Source of the DNA: Escherichia coli 042
Lineage (GTDB): Bacteria; Pseudomonadota; Gammaproteobacteria; Enterobacterales; Enterobacteriaceae
Length of the DNA stretch: 64,000 nucleotides
Direction: 5' to 3' (one strand)
NCBI RefSeq assembly: GCF_000027125.1
Contig: NC_017627.1
This document shows positions 43,572 to 53,890 of this stretch, piece after piece. Each line of letters begins with the position of its first letter. The stretch's first letter is position 1. Below the pieces are notes generated by a model. It ran no database searches. It saw only the letters and a program-made list of their open reading frames with translations, and had not been told where the DNA came from. Position numbers and translations under genes: made by a program.

Positions 43572-44933
43572 TTATTTCTGTGGGATTTCCGTGATTTTCA
43601 TGTCGGTAATATACACATTCACCAGGCGGAAATTATTGTCCATTGTGCGGCGGTAGCGGTATGCCCCGTGGTCTTCTGTCTCTGCCACACTGCGCACGGC
43701 CTTACAGTCCCGGGGCAGGGCGGCCCACTGCGCCTTTGTCATTTCCCGGAAACCTTCCCCCGGATAGTTGACTACCGGCGGACGCTTCGCGGCCTGACTG
43801 GCGACGGCAGCCTCTTCTGCCGATGGTGCTTTGTAGTCCGTGATGCGATCGGGCGTCACTTTCATCGTGCCGCTGTACCCGAGAAAACTGTAATTTGGCG
43901 TTGTGACTGAACTCACCGCCCCGTTGCTTTTGTTCACGCGGATGATGGTCAGCCACTCGCCCCGGCTGAAAACCTGTCCGCCCGGCTCAAAATCCTGTGT
44001 CCGGGTAACCACGCCGCCGCTTTCGTCCAGCATGGCACGCTCATAGATCAGGCGGTTCTGATAGTGGTTAACCCAGCGTTGCTGATGCTGAATCTGCCGT
44101 TCATGACAGCGGATCGCAATTTCGCGGGCCTGCTCCGTGGTGATGATGTCATCATCCAGGGCCGACCATAACGATCGACTTCCTTCATACTGGCTTTTTT
44201 CTGCCGGGCGCGGATACCTGTCCAGCGGGAAACAGGCGCTGATATGGTCATGACTGCTGATGAGTTTTGCCATATTCAGATCCAGCGATTCAGCCCGCCA
44301 CATCGTCAGATATTTCTGCGACTGTGCGATGGTCTTTTCCGCCTTGCGCAAATCAGCTTCGATTTTTTTGATACGACGCCAGCGAACGTCCGGACGTTCT
44401 TTATACTTCGCGTGAAGCAGTGCCGACCGCGCCCGCTCTTCCCAGTATTCCGCACGTTCAAAGAGCATCACAGCACGTTTCATACCGTTTTCAATACGCT
44501 GTGCATCACGACGGGCGCGGCGTTCGCTGTGATGCCCCACAAGAATGGGCTGACCGGGCGGGATCATCGCGGCCAGTCTTTCCACTTCATCAAGTGCCTG
44601 TGCGGATTCACTGGCCCGCTTTCCGCTGTATCCGGTAAACCGCTCCGCCCGTGCTTCCTGACGTTCAGCGAGCGTGCTGTCTTCATCCTCAATCTCTCCG
44701 GCAAGTGAGAGGAGCACGTCTTCCCGGCCCGGTGTCCAGGCTGGCGCGACAAACAGCGCCTGTTTGGGTGCCCAGCGAAAACCGGCATCATGCACTTTTT
44801 TATACGTCTCCGGGTCAAGACGTGACGCGGCATACAGGCGCAGTTTGTTGTCATCCGGTGAGTAGGTCGCGCGGTACATCTGCACAGGGCTGGCGGCTTC
44901 CGGGGCGGTCATGGTGATTGCTGCTAATGTCAT
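43572..44933 (-). CDS. Conserved leading-region hypothetical protein (453 aa)
   Basis: Long ORF with charged coiled-coil-like middle region; no catalytic motif recognised. Confidence 0.55.
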   Translation of the reverse strand: MTLAAITMTAPEAASPVQMYRATYSPDDNKLRLYAASRLDPETYKKVHDAGFRWAPKQALFVAPAWTPGREDVLLSLAGEIEDEDSTLAERQEARAERFTGYSGKRASESAQALDEVERLAAMIPPGQPILVGHHSERRARRDAQRIENGMKRAVMLFERAEYWEERARSALLHAKYKERPDVRWRRIKKIEADLRKAEKTIAQSQKYLTMWRAESLDLNMAKLISSHDHISACFPLDRYPRPAEKSQYEGSRSLWSALDDDIITTEQAREIAIRCHERQIQHQQRWVNHYQNRLIYERAMLDESGGVVTRTQDFEPGGQVFSRGEWLTIIRVNKSNGAVSSVTTPNYSFLGYSGTMKVTPDRITDYKAPSAEEAAVASQAAKRPPVVNYPGEGFREMTKAQWAALPRDCKAVRSVAETEDHGAYRYRRTMDNNFRLVNVYITDMKITEIPQK

Positions 44934-44984
44934 AAAATGTTCTCCTTCCGTCTGTTGCCGCCCCTCGCGGGGCGGCTCACCTCA

Positions 44985-45215
44985 TCAGTTAAAAGCGCGT
45001 TTCAGTTCGAGTGTGCGGAGCACCTGCCCGAAAGCCGTATTTTTCATGGCGGGGATGTGTACACCACGTCCCCGGTGAAAACTCCGGGCAATGTGTCGCC
45101 CGAAGGCTTTCAGCACGGGGTCAATTTCCGGCGCGGGGATGTCTTCGCGTCTGAAACGGGGATGACGGCGGGGCTTTACAGCCGCTGCGGAAGGTGAAAC
45201 AATACTTACTGTCAT
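44985..45215 (-). CDS. Small hypothetical protein (76 aa)
   Basis: First ORF downstream of Frpo-like repeat C. Confidence 0.3.
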   Translation of the reverse strand: MTVSIVSPSAAAVKPRRHPRFRREDIPAPEIDPVLKAFGRHIARSFHRGRGVHIPAMKNTAFGQVLRTLELKRAFN

Positions 45216-45450
45216 AAATGCATCCTTATGACTGTTGACTGGAGCCGCAAAAACTGTTCGTGCAGTCTCTGCAGCATGGATTAAGCAGGTTCCTGACCTG
45301 CTTTTTTCATATCTGCATCTGACGCTTTCCGGTGTTTTCCTCCTTCTGTTCCTGCGTTCTCATTACCTGCCAGCCGGATGACTGACAGAACACATAAATG
45401 CGTATTGCCGGAGCCTGAAATAAATCCTGATTTTTAAAGAACATCACCCG

Positions 45451-46060
45451 TTGAGTTTCGGGAGCCGCGGTTTTGACGTTTCGCGGGAACCTGCTGCTGT
45501 ATTCCCTGTGGTATGAACTTCACCCGTTTGAGAACCTTCGCCGCAAGGGGCATCACTGCCACGGCCTGACGCACCTGTCCTGGGCAGAACGCAAAATTTT
45601 TTACCGGGTTTTGGGTAAAAATTTTTGTGGGTTGTTCATTTACCCTGGACAGTCAGTGCGGCAGGTTGTGGCTGTATCAGCCCCCGGCGACAGGGACTCA
45701 TACGGGTGTGTGGCACCCGGCAGGCAATGAGCAGGGGCCCGCTGCAACGACGAAGAGCGCGTGCGCGAAACGGCGTTGCGCCTTACATTCCGGCGGCCTT
45801 TTGCCGGGATGCCGGGAGCGCAGGCCACGGCGCGACAGAGGCGGCGCGACCGGAACGGTCGCTGCAAGCCGGGGGTTTTCACGCATCGGACCGTAGCGAC
45901 AGCCCGAAACCGCGCCAGCGGGTTCGGCGGAGACTGGCGGGTGCGCCAGCAGCTGCCTGTCGGAGTCGGGCCTGACGACCGGATGCCGCCAGGCAGCCGG
46001 GAGCCGAAGGTGCGTCCGGCAGACAGAACAACACTGCAGTAGTCAGAATCAGAGCAGCAG
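45451..46060. repeat. Frpo-like repeat C
   Basis: Shares about 600 bp with repeat B including the tail ...cactgcagtagtcagaatcagag. Confidence 0.7.
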
Positions 46061-46247
46061 ATAAAGGAACAACAACATCAGGAACAGTTCCATAACATAA
46101 GAAAGAAACACTCCTGAGTCAGACACATCACAGACGGGAAGGGTAACGGGCGACGCGCCAGCGTGGCCCGCTTCCCTTCCGGCAGGCGTCAGCCTGCCAG
46201 GGGTTTTCGCGCGGGCTGACAGGCGGCCTCCACCGCCTGCCCCTGTA

Positions 46248-46439
46248 TCACCTGTTTCTGCTGCCCTGTAAGATGTAGTGACCGCCCAGGAAAACCGCCT
46301 GCTGATTCGCCACAAAATCGCAGATTTCATCAACAATCTGCGCGGTGGTGAGCGGTTTCTGCCCCATTTCACGACGCCGCGCATTAATCACGGCCCTGTA
46401 ATTACGCAGAATTTCGCGGGTTTCCGTGCTGATATTCAT
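46248..46439 (-). CDS. Small hypothetical protein (63 aa)
   Basis: ORF overlapping the stop of the upstream gene by 4 bp (operon-like). Confidence 0.35.
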   Translation of the reverse strand: MNISTETREILRNYRAVINARRREMGQKPLTTAQIVDEICDFVANQQAVFLGGHYILQGSRNR

Positions 46440-46858
46440 GACATCGTCTCCCCGTCCAGCGCCTGCAACACAACGTCCATTGCTTCGCGTTCCTCCCTGA
46501 CGAATGCGTCACCGTCGCCCCCGTTCTCACTCCCGACGGCATACAGGCGCTTCATTTCACTGCCTGCCAGCGCCATCACTTTTTCCAGCATCACCGCCGG
46601 GACTGTCACCTGACGGCTGGCGTGCTTTTCCTCCATCAGTTCACGAACAACGTCGTGAACAACGCTGACATCCGCACCATGCTCAAAGGCATCGTCCAGC
46701 CGCTGCATGACGGTTTCCAGCTCATCGTCTGTCAGACTCCAGTCCTGGGCTATGTGACGCACATCCCCACGAGTCAGCACCACGGCAAAAACGCATTCAC
46801 TGTCCGGCACGTCTGTATCCAGCACTTCGCGGATAATTTCTTTAACAGTACAGTACAT
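46436..46858 (-). CDS. Hypothetical leading-region protein (140 aa), paralog of 48561-48995
   Basis: Shares MY.T...E...RQVTVPA..L pattern with the 144-aa ORF. Confidence 0.5.
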   Translation of the reverse strand: MYCTVKEIIREVLDTDVPDSECVFAVVLTRGDVRHIAQDWSLTDDELETVMQRLDDAFEHGADVSVVHDVVRELMEEKHASRQVTVPAVMLEKVMALAGSEMKRLYAVGSENGGDGDAFVREEREAMDVVLQALDGETMS

Positions 46859-46904
46859 GTTCTCGTCTCCTTTACAGGGGCGGCATTGCCGCCCCGTCCG
46901 TTAA

Positions 46905-47330
46905 TCAGTCCAGCGCCGCATAAATCGCGTTACATTCGGGGTGAAATTCGATGTGGCTCCACAACTGCGCATCGCGCATCCTGTACAGGTGAGTCAGCCC
47001 TGCGCTACCGCTGTCGTGGTACAGCCACAACTGGCGGTTAATCACAAGGGAGGTCAGGATGATGCCTGCGGCATCAGCACTCACGGTACGGTCAAACCAG
47101 TTTTCACCGTTAACCAGATGAAAACGGTCGCCATCCGGCATCATGTAACCGCCACCGTCCGGCAGGCGGATGAAGTGCCAGAATCCGCCTTCATATTCCG
47201 GCATCATTTTTTTCGCCAGCGCGTACACAGATGCCTCGGCATACAGAAAATCCAGGCCAAACAGGTAAGGCAGAAAGGAGAGACGGTCGCACTCTTCAAC
47301 ATTCAGAGTGACAGGTTTCGCATATTGCAT
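46905..47330 (-). CDS. klcA: KlcA/ArdB-family anti-restriction protein
   Basis: 141 aa [25 protein letters not shown]...[21 protein letters not shown] resembling KlcA/ArdB. Confidence 0.8.
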   Translation of the reverse strand: MQYAKPVTLNVEECDRLSFLPYLFGLDFLYAEASVYALAKKMMPEYEGGFWHFIRLPDGGGYMMPDGDRFHLVNGENWFDRTVSADAAGIILTSLVINRQLWLYHDSGSAGLTHLYRMRDAQLWSHIEFHPECNAIYAALD

Positions 47331-47366
47331 GATGTTTTCCTCCGTTGTTCACATATTCCGCGACAC

Positions 47367-47600
47367 CGGGCGGTGCCGTGCCTCCATCTTTGCCGGGCCT
47401 GCAGGGTTGCAAGGGCGCAAGGGAAGCCGCAGCCTGACGCACACGGCTGGCGGGAGTTGGAGGGTGAGACCGCGAAATCTGAGCGGGTGAACGACCGGAA
47501 AATCACGGCAGACGGGAAGGAGGGACCGGGTGACCGCAGCGGTTCACCTTACCTTGCAACCCGCCCGCAGAAGCCCGGCTACGATGGAGGCACGGCACAG
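47367..47600. promoter_or_regulatory. Long imperfect inverted repeat (about 230-nt hairpin) upstream of klcA; candidate ssDNA promoter distinct from the Frpo-like repeats
   Basis: Arms 47367-47415 and 47548-47600 are reverse complements (ccgtgcctccatc / gatggaggcacgg; gggttgcaagg / ccttgcaaccc). Confidence 0.45.
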
Positions 47601-47745
47601 CCCGCACACGACGCTGAGGCCACATAACTGAAAACCCACAAGGCCATGCCCCGCATGGCCGGGTAAAGCGGAGCCTGCGGCGACATCCTTTTGCTCTTTC
47701 CGGGGACCGGCTGGAAAAGGCGGAGATTTTTCCCCGCCAGCGTCA

Positions 47746-48561
47746 TCATTTCCGGATTTTCGCCAGTGCATCCGCCATGCTGCGGATTTCATCCCGTGCC
47801 TCCAGAACAACCTCCCGCAGAATATCCCGGTCAAACCAGCGACGGGACGGTTCATCCGGTATACGCAGCACATCACAGACCAGACCACTGGACAGGATAT
47901 GCTCCACACACTCACTGACCAGATACATTTCCACCGCCGAAAAACGTGCTCCCCGGTTCAGGATAGCATCGAGCACCACGGGCAGATTTTCGTCATCTTC
48001 ATCAAGCCAGCAGGGGTAATCGCTTTCCTTCACAACCAGACGAAAGCGGCGCGTCTGGCGGGTCAGCAACGTCTGACCGGTGGTGGTCAGCGCCGCACGG
48101 ATACGCCGCGCATCTTCTGCCACCCGGCAACTGACACTGCATACTGCATCGCGCACCGCATCAAGAACCGCCCTGATTTCTTCCTCCGTCAGCCATTCAC
48201 CGGCATACGGGAAAGACACCTGCGTTCCGTCTGCCGGAAGTACCGGCAGCGACTGCCACTGACTGCCGGACAGAACAAGTTCCGCTCCGGTTCCGGTCAG
48301 TTTCTGAATGGCAGAGGCCAGGAGCGGCGGCAGTACGCCGCCGTGACGGTTGATAAGTAACGTCGCCAGCCGGGGCGCATCCAGCCGCACGTAAATGCTG
48401 ATCCAGCCCGGATAGTGCGGATTCAGTTGTTCAATATCCGTCTCTTCCGGCCAGCCCTGCGCCAGCAGCAGGTTACGGGCGTGGCGATAAACCAGTGCAT
48501 TCAGCGTTTTGTTCATGATTAATGGTCTCCCTGAATCGCCGCCCGAAAGCGGCGATAACAT
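47746..48561 (-). CDS. Hypothetical leading-region protein (271 aa)
   Basis: ORF contiguous with the upstream 144-aa ORF (stop/start adjacency). Confidence 0.5.
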   Translation of the reverse strand: MLSPLSGGDSGRPLIMNKTLNALVYRHARNLLLAQGWPEETDIEQLNPHYPGWISIYVRLDAPRLATLLINRHGGVLPPLLASAIQKLTGTGAELVLSGSQWQSLPVLPADGTQVSFPYAGEWLTEEEIRAVLDAVRDAVCSVSCRVAEDARRIRAALTTTGQTLLTRQTRRFRLVVKESDYPCWLDEDDENLPVVLDAILNRGARFSAVEMYLVSECVEHILSSGLVCDVLRIPDEPSRRWFDRDILREVVLEARDEIRSMADALAKIRK

Positions 48562-48995
48562 CAGTCGTTTTCGTGTGTGTTGTTTTTCAGCAGGGCGCGG
48601 GCCTGATTAACCACCGCCTGACGGCGGGTGACACATTCCGGGACGGCGAGGCCATGATCCCGGGCGGCCCATTCACGTTTCCACAGTGCCTGTTCGGCGG
48701 TCTGAATCAGGGACGCCAGCAGTTCAGCCGGGACGGTCACCTGGCGGTTTTCTCTCACGTTATTGATGATCTCCATCGCCACGCCGGAAGAAATACCGGA
48801 TTCAGTCCGCTGGTCTTCCGGGATGTCCTCCAGGCGCGCCAGGACAGTCCTGATTTCATGATCGGACAGGGAAATATCCATTCCGTCAGCGAGGGCCTGA
48901 ATTTCTTCCGGGGACCAGATAACCAGCATCAGCGGCGTGTCTCCCGGATACTGCGCTGCCAGCTCCCGGCATAGCGTTTCGCATGTTCCGTACAT
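48561..48995 (-). CDS. Hypothetical leading-region protein (144 aa), paralog of 46436-46858
   Basis: Conserved [10 protein letters not shown] motif and N-terminal MY.TCE. Confidence 0.5.
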   Translation of the reverse strand: MYGTCETLCRELAAQYPGDTPLMLVIWSPEEIQALADGMDISLSDHEIRTVLARLEDIPEDQRTESGISSGVAMEIINNVRENRQVTVPAELLASLIQTAEQALWKREWAARDHGLAVPECVTRRQAVVNQARALLKNNTHEND

Positions 48996-49008
48996 TCTCG
49001 TCTCCTTC

Positions 49009-49230
49009 TCAATCTTTGAAGCAGGAATCCAGTTCCAGAATTTCGGTATACGCCTCCATGAACAGGCGATTGGCGCGATACAGCGTCTGGCGTGTCAGGC
49101 GTTCAACAAGCACATCGGAATCAAAGCGACAGCGATGCTCCATATCGTTCAGCCTGGCCCGAAGGTCACACATGGTGTTGGCCACCTCCGCCACGTCGGC
49201 GCGAAGTTTTTCGTGTCCGGCATAGTTCAT
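49009..49230 (-). CDS. Small hypothetical protein (73 aa)
   Basis: ORF directly downstream of the methyltransferase gene. Confidence 0.35.
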   Translation of the reverse strand: MNYAGHEKLRADVAEVANTMCDLRARLNDMEHRCRFDSDVLVERLTRQTLYRANRLFMEAYTEILELDSCFKD

Positions 49231-49914
49231 TTACGCAGCCTCCGGTTCAAACCAGTTATCATTCGCGGCCCCCTGCTGCATGGCCCGTTGCACGGCGGCC
49301 AGTCGTTGCTGTCCGGCACGGTGATACTGTTCAAGCAGCTCGATACCGATATACCGGCGTCCGGACTGAAGGGCGGCGACGCAGGTTGAGCCGCTGCCTG
49401 CAAACGGGTCCAGCACAATCGCGTTCGGGTGTGTGAAGCTCTCAATCAGCGGTTGCAGGCTGGTAACGGGCTTTTCAGTCGGGTGATGACGATTGCCTGA
49501 ATATTTCCAGCCCAGCACGTCGGGCAATGGCTTCTGAGGCAGCGCCGGACGTCCTTTTGCCAGGATGTAGGCGCATTCGTGGCGATAGCCCACATATGCG
49601 GCCTTCGATGTGTAGGTTTTGGTAAACACCAGGTGGCCAACCACGCTGAATCCCGCATTTTTCCAGGCGGCCATAAAGCGATCGACGCGGTTCCAGCCAT
49701 AGAAGCTCACCATTAACGCGTCTTTTTTGAGTACGCGGTACATTTCATTACAGGCTGGTTGCAGCCATTCATCGGTTTTATCGCCGGCGATGGTGCGCCC
49801 GGAACGGTCACGGAAACCGACGAGATACGGCGGGTCGGTGAGGATGAAATCGACAGCATTGCCCGGAAACGTGGCCATAACACGCACGCAGTCACCCAGG
49901 ATAAAACGGGACAT
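49231..49914 (-). CDS. Orphan DNA adenine methyltransferase-like protein (beta-class amino-MTase motif order)
   Basis: 227 aa; DPPY motif (ILTDPPYLVGF) N-terminal and FxGxG-type DPFAGSGST C-terminal; no cognate endonuclease nearby. Confidence 0.85.
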   Translation of the reverse strand: MSRFILGDCVRVMATFPGNAVDFILTDPPYLVGFRDRSGRTIAGDKTDEWLQPACNEMYRVLKKDALMVSFYGWNRVDRFMAAWKNAGFSVVGHLVFTKTYTSKAAYVGYRHECAYILAKGRPALPQKPLPDVLGWKYSGNRHHPTEKPVTSLQPLIESFTHPNAIVLDPFAGSGSTCVAALQSGRRYIGIELLEQYHRAGQQRLAAVQRAMQQGAANDNWFEPEAA

Positions 49915-50249
49915 AACAGCACTCCTTCTCTTACAGAGGGCACCGGGAGGGCACCCCTGTGGTGCCCGTTCCCCGCTGCCTGTGGGCTGTTCACCGCGTC
50001 CGGTAACGGGTCAGGCCGACCGTGGAATACCGCAGCCGTCGTCTTTTTGACGGCAAGGCTATGCCGCGAAAGCGGCTTGAAGGGCGTTCATCAGAAAAGG
50101 GCTCCCGGCTGGCGTACACTGTCACCAACGCCAGCCGGGAGCGGTAAAAGCGCCCGTCCCGTGCCCGGCCGGACGCGGGACACTGACCACAGGCAGCGTT
50201 CCTGCCGCGCCGCGTCAGCCGGCGCAGTAAAAAGAGGAGCCCGGCGACA

Positions 50250-50431
50250 TCTTTTGTCACCCGCCAAACAAAACCCAAAAACAACCCACACCCAACCCAA
50301 TAAAACACCAAAACAAGACAAACAATCATTGATTGATGGTTAAAATGGGGTAAACTTGACAAATAAACCCACTTAAAACCCAAAACATACCCAAATACAC
50401 ACCAAAAAAAACACCATAAGGAGTTTTATAA
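50250..50431 (+). promoter_or_regulatory. parC: parC-like centromere/promoter region upstream of parM
   Basis: A/C-rich repeated motifs (aaaccc, acccaa, aaaaca) upstream of the parM RBS. Confidence 0.55.
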
Positions 50432-51394
50432 ATGTTGGTATTCATTGATGACGGTTCAACAAACATCAAACTACAGTGGCAGGAAAGCGACGGAACAATT
50501 AAACAGCACATTAGCCCGAACAGCTTCAAACGCGAGTGGGCAGTCTCTTTTGGTGATAAAAAGGTCTTTAACTACACACTGAACGGCGAACAGTATTCAT
50601 TTGATCCAATCAGCCCGGATGCTGTAGTCACAACCAATATCGCATGGCAATACAGCGACGTTAATGTCGTTGCGGTGCATCACGCCTTACTGACCAGTGG
50701 TCTGCCGGTAAGCGAAGTGGATATTGTTTGCACACTTCCTCTGACAGAGTATTACGACAGGAATAACCAACCCAATACGGAAAATATTGAGCGTAAGAAA
50801 GCAAACTTCCGGAAAAAAATTATATTAAATGGTGGGGATACATTCACAATAAAAGATGTAAAAGTCATGCCTGAATCTATACCAGCAGGTTATGAAGCTC
50901 TACAAGAACTGGATGAGTTAGATTCTTTATTAATTATAGACCTCGGGGGCACCACATTAGATATTTCTCAGGTAATGGGGAAATTATCAGGGATCAGTAA
51001 AATATACGGAGACTCATCTCTTGGTGTATCTCTGGTCACATCTGCAGTAAAAGATGCACTTTCTCTTGCGAGAACAAAAGGAAGTAGCTATCTTGCTGAC
51101 GATATAATTATTCACAGAAAAGACAACAACTATCTGAAGCAACGAATTAATGATGAGAACAAAATATCAATAGTCACCGAAGCAATGAATGAAGCACTTC
51201 GTAAACTTGAGCAACGTGTATTAAATACGCTCAATGAATTTTCTGGTTATACGCATGTTATGGTTATAGGCGGTGGCGCAGAATTAATATGCGATGCAGT
51301 AAAAAAACACACACAGATTCGTGATGAACGTTTTTTCAAAACCAATAACTCTCAATATGATTTAGTTAACGGTATGTATCTCATAGGTAATTAA
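50432..51394 (+). CDS. parM: ParM (StbA) actin-like partition ATPase
   Basis: 320 aa [32 protein letters not shown]..., essentially R1 ParM. Confidence 0.97.
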   Translation: MLVFIDDGSTNIKLQWQESDGTIKQHISPNSFKREWAVSFGDKKVFNYTLNGEQYSFDPISPDAVVTTNIAWQYSDVNVVAVHHALLTSGLPVSEVDIVCTLPLTEYYDRNNQPNTENIERKKANFRKKIILNGGDTFTIKDVKVMPESIPAGYEALQELDELDSLLIIDLGGTTLDISQVMGKLSGISKIYGDSSLGVSLVTSAVKDALSLARTKGSSYLADDIIIHRKDNNYLKQRINDENKISIVTEAMNEALRKLEQRVLNTLNEFSGYTHVMVIGGGAELICDAVKKHTQIRDERFFKTNNSQYDLVNGMYLIGN

Positions 51395-51396
51395 TA

Positions 51397-51747
51397 ATGG
51401 ACAAGCGCAGAACCATTGCCTTCAAACTAAATCCAGATGTAAATCAAACAGATAAAATTGTTTGTGATACACTGGACAGTATCCCGCAAGGGGAACGCAG
51501 CCGCCTTAACCGGGCCGCACTGACGGCAGGTCTGGCCTTATACAGACAAGATCCCAGGGCCCCTTTCCTTTTATGTGAACTGCTGACGAAAGAAACCACA
51601 TTTTCAGATATCGTGAATATATTGAGATCGCTATTTCCAAAAGAGATGGCCGATTTTAATTCTTCAATAGTCACTCAATCCTCTTCACAACAAGAGCAAA
51701 AAAGTAATGAAGAGACCAAAAAAAATGCGATGAAGCTAATAAATTAA
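51397..51747 (+). CDS. parR: ParR (StbB) centromere-binding protein
   Basis: 116 aa MDKRRTIAFKLNPDVNQTDKIV... Confidence 0.95.
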   Translation: MDKRRTIAFKLNPDVNQTDKIVCDTLDSIPQGERSRLNRAALTAGLALYRQDPRAPFLLCELLTKETTFSDIVNILRSLFPKEMADFNSSIVTQSSSQQEQKSNEETKKNAMKLIN

Positions 51748-51762
51748 TTCAATTATTATTGA

Positions 51763-51799
51763 GTTCCCTTTATCCACTATCAGGCTGGATAAAGGGAAC
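51763..51799. terminator. Hairpin terminator after parR
   Basis: gttccctttatcca ctatcaggc tggataaagggaac, perfect 14-bp stem. Confidence 0.5.
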
Positions 51800-51985
51800 T
51801 TAATCAAGTTATTTCATTAGCAATGATCACATAAAATAAATACAGTGTCGTTATTATGAAATTATTTCACGGCACTTATAAAAAACAGTACCAATAATCA
51901 AACCTGGTGAGTTCGCAATGTCTGGCAATAACGTTTTTGATGGGTTGTTTTCCAGCCCGGAGCGCGATATTGCCACCAGTCACAG

Positions 51986-52246
51986 AAACACCGAGAACAC
52001 CAGATTTCAGCGGTCGCTGAATTTGAACGAGATCTTTTACTTGAACGAACTTATTCAGGGATAGCAAGAGCACGGGATGCAGGAAAACGTTTTGGTCGCC
52101 CACCGGTATTAAATGAAGAACAAAAACAGAAGGTGCTCGAACGCATTAAGTCTGGGGCAAGTATAAGTGCTATTGCCAGGGAATTCCGAACCACACGGCA
52201 AACAATTCTGAGAGTTAGAGCGAAACAGCAAACTGTTACTGTATAG
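51986..52246 (+). pseudogene. Serine recombinase (resolvase) C-terminal fragment
   Basis: Translates to ...[59 protein letters not shown]... with no start codon and no N-terminal catalytic domain. Confidence 0.6.
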
Positions 52247-52262
52247 AAAATAGTCTTAGCGT

Positions 52263-52448
52263 GGGATTCCGTTTTCCAAGCGGACCCCAAGGAAGACTAC
52301 ATCGCGTTCATGCCGAAACCGAATGTAAGAACGGCATTGCATAATCTTGCAGTGGCGATCGAACATTACAATGAAAACCATCCGCACAGTGCGTTGGGTT
52401 ATCGCTCTCCGCGAGAATATCGACGTCAGTGGGTAACGTTAACTTAAG
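52263..52448 (+). pseudogene. IS3-family-like transposase C-terminal fragment
   Basis: Translates to ...[27 protein letters not shown], typical integrase-core C-terminus; no upstream ORF. Confidence 0.5.
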
Positions 52449-52595
52449 ATACAACCCCTGTCTGGAAATAAGGGGGCAAGAACACATTGACACTGTAATA
52501 TGGCATTGTATAAAACTCCGCCCCAATAATGAGTTTCATTTGCATTACTCCCATTTGCTGGTCATCCACTCGCCTGTTTACAAGGATAGCGTTTA

Positions 52596-53594
52596 ATGAA
52601 GAAGGTCCTTTGCGCGTTAGGCTTGATGTTCACCGCCGTCAGTTCCGCGCTGGCAACAACCTACCCCCTGACGATTGAAAACTGCGGCTATCAGGAGACC
52701 TTCACCCGGCCGCCGGAGCGCGTGGTCGCGCTGGGGCAAAATACGGTCGAAATTCTGCTGCTGCTCGGGCTGCAAAAGCAGGTGGTCGCCAGCGCCTTCT
52801 GGCCGACCAGCGTTTTACCGCAGCTGGCTGAGCAAAACGCGAAGATTAAAACCTTGACGGTGGAAATTCCGAGCCTGGAATCGGTGCTGGCGCAAAATCC
52901 TGATTTCGTTCCCGCCCAGTTGCCGCTGCTGCTGGGGCCGGAAAGCAAAGTCGCCAGGCGTGAAGATCTCGCCACCGTCGGCGTGAACAGCTACGTCTCA
53001 CCGGGGATGTGCGCCACCAAAAAGGCCACCGGCGATATGTACGGCAGCCGGAAAAAGCTGTGGGATATGACCTGGCTGTATCAGGAAATTAGCGATTTTT
53101 CCCGCATTTTCAACGTCGAAGATCGTGGTCAGGCGCTGATTGCCGATTTCAAAAAACGTGAAGCCGACCTGCGCCAGGAGTTTGGTAAAAGCAAAAAGGA
53201 TCTCTCCTTCGTCTTCTGGTTCTCCAGCGCCTCACCTTCGGCCGATGCCTATGTCGGCGGCAAAAACAGCGCCTCCGGATTTATCGCCAGCGTGCTGGGC
53301 GGACATAATGCGATTACCTCCGAAACCGAGTGGCCCACGGTGAGCTGGGAGAGCATTATTGCCGCCAACCCGGATGTGATCGTGGTCGCCAGCCTAGATC
53401 GTAACCGCTGGGCGCTGGATAAGGCCGAGGAAAAGATCAAATTCCTCAAAAGCGATCCCGCCGTCAGCCAGCTGGAGGCGGTGAAAAAAGGCCATATCGT
53501 GGTCATGGACGGTCAGGCGATGAATCCGACCATTCGCACGCTTTACGGCGCGGAGCAGGTGGGCGAGCAGCTGAGAAAAATGGGGCTGAACTGA
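52596..53594 (+). CDS. ABC transporter periplasmic substrate-binding protein (iron/siderophore-type)
   Basis: 332 aa with signal peptide; GC-rich; followed by FecCD-like permease remnant. Confidence 0.8.
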   Translation: MKKVLCALGLMFTAVSSALATTYPLTIENCGYQETFTRPPERVVALGQNTVEILLLLGLQKQVVASAFWPTSVLPQLAEQNAKIKTLTVEIPSLESVLAQNPDFVPAQLPLLLGPESKVARREDLATVGVNSYVSPGMCATKKATGDMYGSRKKLWDMTWLYQEISDFSRIFNVEDRGQALIADFKKREADLRQEFGKSKKDLSFVFWFSSASPSADAYVGGKNSASGFIASVLGGHNAITSETEWPTVSWESIIAANPDVIVVASLDRNRWALDKAEEKIKFLKSDPAVSQLEAVKKGHIVVMDGQAMNPTIRTLYGAEQVGEQLRKMGLN

Positions 53595-53890
53595 TGAGCG
53601 TCGCCGCGATTGAGACGCGCCGCAGCATACTGCTCACCGGCTGGTGTGTACTGGCAGCGATCGTGCTGGCGCTGGTGATCGCTGTGGGCGTCAGCGTTGG
53701 CGAGCTGGCCATCCCGCTGCAGAATGTCTTTTATGCTATCAGCAACAGAACCGGCTTAACCGCTGAGCCGCTCAACCGTATCTATGAGAGCGTTATCTGG
53801 GATTTCCGCCTCAGCCGCGCGCTGGTCGCCGCCTGCTGCGGCGCCGGCCTCGCTATCTGCGGTGTTGTGCTGCAAAGCTTGCCGGCATGA
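53594..53890 (+). pseudogene. FecCD-family ABC permease, N-terminal fragment only
   Basis: 98-aa ORF with permease-like N-terminus that switches frame at about 53887 into an ATPase C-terminus. Confidence 0.6.
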
